A stretch of 64,000 nt of DNA, taken from the IMG/VR virus record IMGVR_UViG_3300036770_005084, positions 1 to 64,000 of that record; one strand, given 5' to 3'. This document shows, piece by piece, positions 57,695 through 64,000 of this stretch. How positions within the stretch are numbered: position 1 is the first letter of the stretch; each line of letters starts with the position of its first letter. A model generated the notes under the pieces. That model saw only the letters and a list, made by a program, of their open reading frames with translations. It was not told the DNA's origin and searched no databases. The translations under genes and the position numbers were made by a program. This stretch comes from a virus.

Positions 57695-58206
57695 TGAATA
57701 TTTTTGTCACTTCTCCCTGGCCTGCTGAAAGTGCTGTTTGTCTTCCAGATAAACATATCGTTAAAATGCCTCTAGAGTGCTGCCAGATGCTTTCTATTGT
57801 TGCATCTGAGAAATGGGGATATGGTTACGGTACTCTCCCTAAGGCAGATGGAACTCCTTATAAAACCGAAAAGGGTGCATTTAGAAATCATCCTTGTACC
57901 AAGTGGGCAATGGAAAGTATTCATAATGCCTATTGGTTAATCAAGTGGGGACTGAACTTGTCTGATGAATACTGTCTTCGGTATAATAAGACTCACTCCT
58001 GTTACAACACTCTTGTGGAGGCATACTACCTGTTTCCAAAGGGTAAGATTACAGAAGTGACTCCATTTGCTCGTGCTATGCCTGAGGAATGGAAATTTGA
58101 TAGCACTATTGATACATTTGAAGCATATCGAAGATACATTGCATCTAAACCTTGGGTATCTGAAAATTATCTTCGTATGCCACAACGCAAACCTGATTGG
58201 GTATAA
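57694..58206 (+). CDS. Pyrimidine-dimer DNA glycosylase / endonuclease V family protein
   Basis: MNIF...DKHIVKMPLECCQMLS, NHPCTKW, EY..RY.K.H. Confidence 0.7.
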   Translation: MNIFVTSPWPAESAVCLPDKHIVKMPLECCQMLSIVASEKWGYGYGTLPKADGTPYKTEKGAFRNHPCTKWAMESIHNAYWLIKWGLNLSDEYCLRYNKTHSCYNTLVEAYYLFPKGKITEVTPFARAMPEEWKFDSTIDTFEAYRRYIASKPWVSENYLRMPQRKPDWV

Positions 58207-58209
58207 ATT

Positions 58210-59154
58210 ATGACAAGTGAATTTCTTTTTGTGGAAAAATATCGTCCGAAAGTAATTGACGATTGTATTCTTCCGGATGAAACTAAAAAAATATTTAAGG
58301 AGTTTGTTGCTAAAGGAGAAATTCCAAATCTTCTTTTATCAGGACCTCCAGGGATTGGTAAAACTACAATTGCAAAAGCACTATGCAATGAACTAGGAGC
58401 AGATTTTTATGTCATCAACGGATCCGACGAAGGACGTTTCTTGGATACTGTACGGAACCAAGCAAAAAACTTTGCTTCGACCGTCTCACTTACGGGATCT
58501 TCTAAACACAAAGTCATCATCATCGATGAGGCAGATAACACAGGGAACGACGTACAACTCCTATTGCGGGCAAATATTGAGACATTTTATAGCAACTGCC
58601 GATTCATCTTTACCTGTAACTATAAAAACAAAATCATCGAACCTCTTCACTCCCGATGTGCAGTCATTGACTTCACTCTCAGAGGAAAAGAGAAAGTACA
58701 ACTTGCAGGGAATTTCTTTCAGAGGTTACGATTTATCCTTGATCAGGAAAAGATTGAGTATGATGAAAAAGTCGTTGCGGAACTCGTATCCAAACATTTT
58801 CCCGATTTTCGACGTGTTCTAAATGAATGCCAAAAATATTCTTCAAGTGGAAAGATTGACTCTGGAATTTTATCCTCATTAGTAGATATAAACGTCAGTA
58901 GTCTAATTAAAGATATGAAGGATAAGAAGTTCAATGATGTTAGAAAATGGGTTGTATCAAATTTAGATAATGATCCAACGACATTACTTAGAAAAATTTA
59001 CGATGCTGGATATACTTCCTTAAAACCAGAATCGATTCCTTCGGCAGTATTGATTATTGGAAAATATCAATATCAATCTGCATTTGTTGCTGATCAAGAA
59101 ATTAATCTCTTGGCAGCATTGACAGAAATTATGTGTGAGTGTGAATTTAAATGA
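58210..59154 (+). CDS. gp44: Clamp loader large subunit gp44
   Basis: VEKYRP, GPPGIGKTT, DEAD, SRC, PDFRR. Confidence 0.97.
   Translation: MTSEFLFVEKYRPKVIDDCILPDETKKIFKEFVAKGEIPNLLLSGPPGIGKTTIAKALCNELGADFYVINGSDEGRFLDTVRNQAKNFASTVSLTGSSKHKVIIIDEADNTGNDVQLLLRANIETFYSNCRFIFTCNYKNKIIEPLHSRCAVIDFTLRGKEKVQLAGNFFQRLRFILDQEKIEYDEKVVAELVSKHFPDFRRVLNECQKYSSSGKIDSGILSSLVDINVSSLIKDMKDKKFNDVRKWVVSNLDNDPTTLLRKIYDAGYTSLKPESIPSAVLIIGKYQYQSAFVADQEINLLAALTEIMCECEFK
58409..58822 (+). CDS. Candidate overprinted gene (137 aa) in the +1 frame of gp44
   Basis: AGGAG at 58395-58399, 9 nt before the ATG; the host-frame GC3 rise begins at the ORF start. Confidence 0.5.
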   Translation: MSSTDPTKDVSWILYGTKQKTLLRPSHLRDLLNTKSSSSMRQITQGTTYNSYCGQILRHFIATADSSLPVTIKTKSSNLFTPDVQSLTSLSEEKRKYNLQGISFRGYDLSLIRKRLSMMKKSLRNSYPNIFPIFDVF

Positions 59155-59318
59155 AGAAAAAGACAACCCCAGAAAATGTTAATGAAGCAAATAATGCTTT
59201 GTTTAAGTCAAAGATGAATATTCCAGAAGCAGCAGAACATTGCGGAATGACCATAAAAGAAATGAAAATGACTTTTACAGAGTATCTAAAATATCATCCT
59301 CCAACTTATGAAAATTGA
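59151..59318 (+). CDS. Small HTH-like protein (55 aa)
   Basis: Hand-translated ...MNIPEAAEHCGMTIKEMKMTF...; overlaps both neighbouring genes. Confidence 0.7.
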   Translation: MKKKTTPENVNEANNALFKSKMNIPEAAEHCGMTIKEMKMTFTEYLKYHPPTYEN

Positions 59319-59694
59319 ACTGAAGGATTGGTTAAACTCAATTAACCAAACTAAGCATAATATTATTGATGAAGATTTGCAGGTGGAAAAAGAATATCCT
59401 CCTTATATTATTAATAAATGTATGTCTGGATATATTGATACTATAATGCTTGCAAACGAAATAAATCTTCTTCCAAGATTGGACAAAAAACTACAATATG
59501 ATTTTTATATAAATATTGTTAGGAAAAGGAAAAGATTTTCTCCTTGGGTCCGAAAAGAAAAAATCGAAAATCTTGAATGTATTAAATCTTACTATGGTTA
59601 TAGTAATGAAAAAGCAGAACAAGTGTTGAAGATTTTATCAACTGAACAAATTAACTTTATCAAATCAAAAACTGAAACTGGAGGAATGAAATGA
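59308..59694 (+). CDS. gp62: Clamp loader small subunit gp62
   Basis: LKDWLNSIN, YPPYIINKC, QYDFY, YYGYSNEKA. Confidence 0.93.
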   Translation: MKIELKDWLNSINQTKHNIIDEDLQVEKEYPPYIINKCMSGYIDTIMLANEINLLPRLDKKLQYDFYINIVRKRKRFSPWVRKEKIENLECIKSYYGYSNEKAEQVLKILSTEQINFIKSKTETGGMK

Positions 59695-60131
59695 GTGTTG
59701 TGACCGAACCTGAAGTTAAGTGGCAACAAAATCAAATGATTGAAGTTCTGCTTAATGAACCTGATGATTTCCTAAAAGTGCGAGAAACACTTACTAGGAT
59801 TGGGGTTGCCTCTCGAAAGGAGAAAAAAATATACCAGTCTTGCCATATCTTGCATAAGCAGGGCAGATATTATTTGGTTCACTTTAAGGAGTTATTTGCA
59901 CTTGATGGAAAACATGCAAATATCACTGTCAATGATATTCAACGAAGAAATCGTATTGCGCAATTATTGGCAGATTGGGGTTTAATTACTATTGTAACTC
60001 CAGAAAAAATCCAAGATATTGCTCCTTTAAATCAAATTAAAGTTATTGCATATAAGGAAAAAGGTGAGTGGATTCTAGAAACCAAATACAATATTGGTTC
60101 TAAAAAGAAGCATTTGGTAGAACCCGAATGA
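59691..60131 (+). CDS. regA: Translational repressor RegA
   Basis: DDFLKVRETLTRIG, QSCHILHKQGRYY, HFKELF. Confidence 0.97.
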   Translation: MSVVTEPEVKWQQNQMIEVLLNEPDDFLKVRETLTRIGVASRKEKKIYQSCHILHKQGRYYLVHFKELFALDGKHANITVNDIQRRNRIAQLLADWGLITIVTPEKIQDIAPLNQIKVIAYKEKGEWILETKYNIGSKKKHLVEPE

Positions 60132-60135
60132 TTTT

Positions 60136-60162
60136 GGGGGGTATTCCTACCCCCCTTTTTTT
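60136..60162 (+). terminator. Rho-independent terminator
   Basis: GGGGGGTA-TTCC-TACCCCCC followed by T7. Confidence 0.9.
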
Positions 60163-60185
60163 ATGAATCTTATATAATTATATAC

Positions 60186-60238
60186 GGATGCCTTTTGGGT
60201 CCATGTATAACACTTGCTTTAATAGGAGAAAAAAAATG
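60186..60238 (+). promoter_or_regulatory. ROSE-like RNA thermometer in the hsp20 5' UTR
   Basis: 5' hairpin GGATGCC-TTTT-GGGTCC; CTTGCT (60213-18) pairs with the SD AGGAG (60224-28) leaving a bulged G. Confidence 0.55.
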
Positions 60239-60667
60239 TCTGTAATTACAAAGTTTAATACTTCAAATCTTCAAAAGTTTTTGAACGAAATTGATAGATA
60301 TTACATTGGTGGGGATGAGTGGATTAAAAGAATGTATAATGCAAGTTATAATGATACTAACTATCCACCGTATAATGTCATTAGGGAAAACGATAATGAA
60401 ATTAAATTGGAAGTTGCTGTAGCAGGTTTTAAGTCTAATGATATTAACGTATATACTGAAGATGGTAAGTTAGTTATTGAATGTAATAAGGAAGTAAACA
60501 ATAATAAAGAATATGTTTATCATGGATTAGCAACCAGAGCATTTAAGAGGCAATGGACCATCTCAGATGATATGGAGGTAAAATCTGTAAATCATGAGGA
60601 TGGTGTTTTAATGGTGCTTTTAGAAAAAGTTATTCCAGAAAATAAAAAGAAGAAAGTTTGGTTCTAA
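60236..60667 (+). CDS. hsp20: Small heat-shock protein Hsp20 (IbpA-like)
   Basis: YPPYNV, LEVAVAGF, YHGLATRAF, DGVL; AGGAG supports the ATG at 60236. Confidence 0.93.
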   Translation: MSVITKFNTSNLQKFLNEIDRYYIGGDEWIKRMYNASYNDTNYPPYNVIRENDNEIKLEVAVAGFKSNDINVYTEDGKLVIECNKEVNNNKEYVYHGLATRAFKRQWTISDDMEVKSVNHEDGVLMVLLEKVIPENKKKKVWF

Positions 60668-60690
60668 ATATAATTGAATATCGTCGGCGC

Positions 60691-60731
60691 AGGGCACAAG
60701 TGGCAAAATCCACTTGACGTGCCCTTTTTTT
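60691..60731 (+). terminator. Terminator hairpin overlapping the next promoter
   Basis: AGGGCAC-AAGTGG...CCACTT-GAC-GTGCCCT followed by a T run. Confidence 0.75.
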
Positions 60732-60742
60732 CTTGCTAGAAT
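60714..60742 (+). promoter_or_regulatory. Sigma70 promoter for the gp43 operon
   Basis: TTGACG-17 bp-TAGAAT with extended TG. Confidence 0.72.
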
Positions 60743-60765
60743 AAATGTTGAGTTAATATGTAATT

Positions 60766-61077
60766 ATGGCAGTAAAAATTTTAATTCTTAAATCTCTTGA
60801 AGATGTAATCGCAGAAGTACAAGAAGTATTTACTGGTCTGGAAGTTACATCATATAAACTGGAAAATCCATACACGGTATCTATTCAGCAATCTGAACCT
60901 TCGAATGGTTCTGATATTGTAACTAAAGTCGGATTTTATCCATATGCACCACTAGCAAAAGGTAGCACTGTAGAAATTCGATCTGATTGGGTTGTTTCAA
61001 TTGTTGATCCAATCGAAGAGATTCAAAAATCATATGAGGAAAAGGTAAATGGAAAATCTAAAACTTCTGATATTTAA
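60766..61077 (+). CDS. Conserved hypothetical protein (Sm-like LKSxEDVIA motif)
   Basis: Typical of the hsp20-gp43 interval in cyanomyoviruses. Confidence 0.8.
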   Translation: MAVKILILKSLEDVIAEVQEVFTGLEVTSYKLENPYTVSIQQSEPSNGSDIVTKVGFYPYAPLAKGSTVEIRSDWVVSIVDPIEEIQKSYEEKVNGKSKTSDI

Positions 61078-61300
61078 GAATACACTAGAACTAATTTGTG
61101 AAATTAAAGAACTATCTGCGGAACTTGGAGAACCAGATTGTAAATTAATTAATCCACTAAGAATCTTGAATAATGATACTCTAGAAAGGTGGCCAAATTA
61201 TACAAATCAAAAGGAAATCATAGTACATTCGGATTCTATTTTAACAATTGTAGATCCAGAACCAAAATACATTGAACTTTATTTGAAAGCAATTAAATGA
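61049..61300 (+). CDS. Conserved hypothetical protein (ELGEPDCKLINP)
   Basis: Motif and position before gp43. Confidence 0.8.
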   Translation: MENLKLLIFKNTLELICEIKELSAELGEPDCKLINPLRILNNDTLERWPNYTNQKEIIVHSDSILTIVDPEPKYIELYLKAIK

Positions 61301-63792
61301 AATTTTATACCAACATAGTTCTTGTCGGAAATGAAATTCTTTCTAGAGGATATGATAATGGAGAGCATTTTAAAAATAGGGAAATGTTTTATCCAAAACT
61401 TTATTTGAGTACAAATAAGCAAACAAACTATAAAACTCTTGAAGGAAACTATGTTGAGGAAATAAATCCAGGAACAATTAGGGAGACGAGAGAGTTCATT
61501 GAAAAATATGAAAACGTAGAAAACTTTAATCTCTATGGTAATACGAGATATATTAATCAATATATCTCAGATAATTATCCTGAAGATCAAATTAAATTTG
61601 ACATCTCTAAAATTAAATTAGTTACAATTGACATTGAGGTGGCATCAGAAAATGGATTCCCAGACGTTAGATCTTGTCAAGAACAAATACTTACAATTTC
61701 AATCCAAAACTATACTACTAAAAATATAATAACCTGGGGGTTACATGAATTTAATAATACAAATCCAAAGGTGCATTATGTTAAATGTGATAATGAAGAA
61801 GACTTACTGAGAAAATTTGTAGAGTATTGGTATTATGAACCTCCAGAAGTTATTACGGGATGGAATTGTGAATTATATGACATTCCATATTTGTGTTCTA
61901 GGATTTCTAAAGTTATTGGTGAAAAGCAAGTTAAAAAATTATCTCCTTGGGGAATTGTCACTGAAAATGAGATTCTAATAACCGGAAGAAAATATCTAAA
62001 GTTTGATATTGCTGGAATTACAGTATTAGATTATTTGGATCTTTACAAAAAGTTTACATATACTAATCAAGAGTCTTATAGACTAGATCATATTGTATCT
62101 GTAGAACTTGGTGAGAAAAAATTGGATCACTCAGAGTACGATACATTTAAAGAGTTTTATACAAATGATTGGCAAAAATTTGTAGAATACAACATCAAAG
62201 ACGTTCAACTCGTTGATCGTCTTGAGGATAAGATGAAACTAATTGAACTTGCCATTACTATGGCATATGATTCAAAAAGTAATTATAATGATGTATTCTA
62301 TCAAGTTAGAATGTGGGATTCAATTATCTACAATTATCTTCGCAAAAGGAATATTGTAATTCCATTTAAAAAGGAAAGTAGGAAGGATCAAAAATATGCT
62401 GGAGCATATGTAAAAGAACCAGTTCCTGGTAAGTATGATTGGGTGGTTAGTTTTGACTTAAACAGTCTATATCCACACCTGATCATGCAATATAATATTT
62501 CTCCAGAAACACTTGTAGATAAACGACATCCAAATGTAAATGTCGATAAAATTCTAAAACAAGAATTGGATTTTTCTGAATATGATCAATATGCCGTATG
62601 TGCGAATGGTGCATTATATCGAAAAGATATTCGGGGATTTCTTCCGGAGTTGATGGAGAAAATGTATAGTGATCGAGTAATCTTCAAAAAGAAGATGATT
62701 GATGCAAAAAAAGAATATGAAAAAAATCCATCTCAAGAAATCTTAAAGGAAATCTCAAGATGCAATAATATCCAAATGGCAAAAAAGATTTCTCTTAACT
62801 CTGCTTATGGTGCTGTTGGAAACGAATATTTTAGATACTTTCGTATCGAAAATGCAGAGGCAGTAACTTTATCTGGACAGGTTTCAATCCGATGGATTGA
62901 AAATAAAATGAATTCCTACCTAAATAAACTTCTTAAAACGGAGAATGTTGATTATGTTATTGCTTCAGATACTGATTCTATTTACCTTAATATGGGTCCT
63001 TTGGTTGAACGTATATACAAAGGAAGAGAGAAGACTACTGAGGGCATTGTCACATTCCTTGATAAGATCTGTAAGGTGGAACTTGAAAAGTATATTGAAA
63101 GTTGCTACCAAGAATTGTCTGAGTATGTAAATGCATACGATCAGAAAATGAGTATGAAGAGAGAGAACATTGCTGAACGTGGAATCTGGACCGCAAAGAA
63201 AAGATATATTCTCAATGTTTGGGATAGTGAGGGTGTCAGATATTCTGAACCAAAATTAAAAATCATGGGTCTTGAGGCAGTAAAGTCATCAACTCCTGCA
63301 CCTTGTCGTCAAATGATTAAGGATGCCTTTAATATTATAATGACTAAAAGTGAAGATGATGTAATTGAGTTCATTAATGCAAGTAGAAAAAAATTCTATT
63401 CATTAACACCAGAAGAAATTTCATTTCCAAGATCTGCAAATAATATTGAAAAGTATAGATCAACCTCTACAATTTATATTAAAGGGTGTCCAATTCATAT
63501 TCGAGGGGTATTACTATACAATCACTATTTGAAAAAGAATTCACTTGAAAATAAATATCCTCTCATTAACAATGGAGAAAAGATAAAATTTTGTTACCTG
63601 AAAACCCCAAACACAATTCATGAGAACGTAATATCATTCATTCAACAATTTCCAAAAGAACTTAATATTCAAAGATATGTTGATTATGAACTTCAATTTG
63701 AAAAAAGTTTTATTGAACCATTAAAAACTATTCTAAATTGTATTGGATGGGGAATCGAGAAAACTAATACATTGGAGTCTTTATTTGGATGA
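61297..63792 (+). CDS. gp43: Family B DNA polymerase gp43
   Basis: DIEV exonuclease motif, FDLNSLYP, KISLNSAYG, SDTDS, KKRY; uninterrupted. Confidence 0.98.
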   Translation: MKFYTNIVLVGNEILSRGYDNGEHFKNREMFYPKLYLSTNKQTNYKTLEGNYVEEINPGTIRETREFIEKYENVENFNLYGNTRYINQYISDNYPEDQIKFDISKIKLVTIDIEVASENGFPDVRSCQEQILTISIQNYTTKNIITWGLHEFNNTNPKVHYVKCDNEEDLLRKFVEYWYYEPPEVITGWNCELYDIPYLCSRISKVIGEKQVKKLSPWGIVTENEILITGRKYLKFDIAGITVLDYLDLYKKFTYTNQESYRLDHIVSVELGEKKLDHSEYDTFKEFYTNDWQKFVEYNIKDVQLVDRLEDKMKLIELAITMAYDSKSNYNDVFYQVRMWDSIIYNYLRKRNIVIPFKKESRKDQKYAGAYVKEPVPGKYDWVVSFDLNSLYPHLIMQYNISPETLVDKRHPNVNVDKILKQELDFSEYDQYAVCANGALYRKDIRGFLPELMEKMYSDRVIFKKKMIDAKKEYEKNPSQEILKEISRCNNIQMAKKISLNSAYGAVGNEYFRYFRIENAEAVTLSGQVSIRWIENKMNSYLNKLLKTENVDYVIASDTDSIYLNMGPLVERIYKGREKTTEGIVTFLDKICKVELEKYIESCYQELSEYVNAYDQKMSMKRENIAERGIWTAKKRYILNVWDSEGVRYSEPKLKIMGLEAVKSSTPAPCRQMIKDAFNIIMTKSEDDVIEFINASRKKFYSLTPEEISFPRSANNIEKYRSTSTIYIKGCPIHIRGVLLYNHYLKKNSLENKYPLINNGEKIKFCYLKTPNTIHENVISFIQQFPKELNIQRYVDYELQFEKSFIEPLKTILNCIGWGIEKTNTLESLFG

Positions 63793-63917
63793 TAACACTA
63801 CAGTTGACTTTATTAGAATTGAAGAGTATCCTAAAGGGAATACAATATAAAAACGAACCCCTTTATAATAAATTAGTAACAATTTATTATGCTAACATTT
63901 TACCTAAGGAGGATTGA
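63789..63917 (+). CDS. Small hypothetical protein (42 aa, MITLQLTLLEL...)
   Basis: Hand-translated; ATGA and TGATG coupling to gp43 and uvsX. Confidence 0.6.
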   Translation: MITLQLTLLELKSILKGIQYKNEPLYNKLVTIYYANILPKED

Positions 63918-64000
63918 TGGATTTTTTAAAAGATATTGTTAAAGAAATTGGAGGAGAATACACACAACTTGCTGCAGACATTGATGAAACAGAAACTTAT
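63917..64000 (+). CDS. uvsX: RecA-like recombinase UvsX (N-terminus, partial)
   Basis: MDFLKDIVKEIGGEY...; AAGGAGG SD; position after gp43. Confidence 0.85.
   Translation, partial: MDFLKDIVKEIGGEYTQLAADIDETETY

Noticed and set aside
59800-59985. 61-aa +1-frame ORF inside regA
   Set aside because: Short, TTG start, weak SD; within chance expectation
243-61560. Numerous 60-140 aa minus-strand ORFs in the track
   Set aside because: Antisense shadows of well-supported + strand genes, without RBS or recognisable motifs
37412-63792. Introns, inteins or homing endonucleases in core genes (gp17, gp20, gp23, uvsW, gp46, gp43)
   Set aside because: All have expected lengths and contiguous motifs; no HNH, GIY-YIG or LAGLIDADG ORF was seen
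1-64000. Genetic-code reassignment (TAG or TGA recoding)
   Set aside because: Core genes translate full length in the standard code and all three stops are used as terminators

Overview
A 64-kb segment of a lytic T4-like cyanomyovirus (Kyanoviridae-type), AT-rich and almost entirely + strand coded. (1) 1-9230: hypervariable early region with two tRNAs (Arg-UCU, Thr-UGU), a metallophosphoesterase, an SF2 helicase, an ArdA-like acidic protein and about 35 small ORFs. These are grouped into modules, six of which start with a repeated palindrome (TGTGCCAC-N8-[G/C]TGGCACA) at a fixed distance from a -10 box. (2) 9231-10054: a ~0.8-kb non-coding locus with clustered TTTTCCACA (cyanobacterial DnaA-box) motifs, 24-bp direct repeats, divergent sigma70 promoters, strand-biased TTCGTG repeats and a G11 tract; this is a candidate replication origin or DnaA-binding hub. 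(3) 12010-50743: baseplate, neck, tail, terminase and head genes (gp25, gp6, gp7-like split in two, gp8, VrlC-like, gp13-gp23, gp3). (4) 50740-64000: recombination and replication genes (uvsY, uvsW, gp55, gp47, gp46, gp45, DenV-like, gp44, gp62, regA, hsp20, gp43, start of uvsX). The best leads are the DnaA-box/origin locus, the palindrome-bounded early cassettes, a probable overprinted gene inside gp44 (possibly another inside gp43) and a ROSE-like RNA thermometer on hsp20. All calls come from motif recognition by eye; no searches were run.
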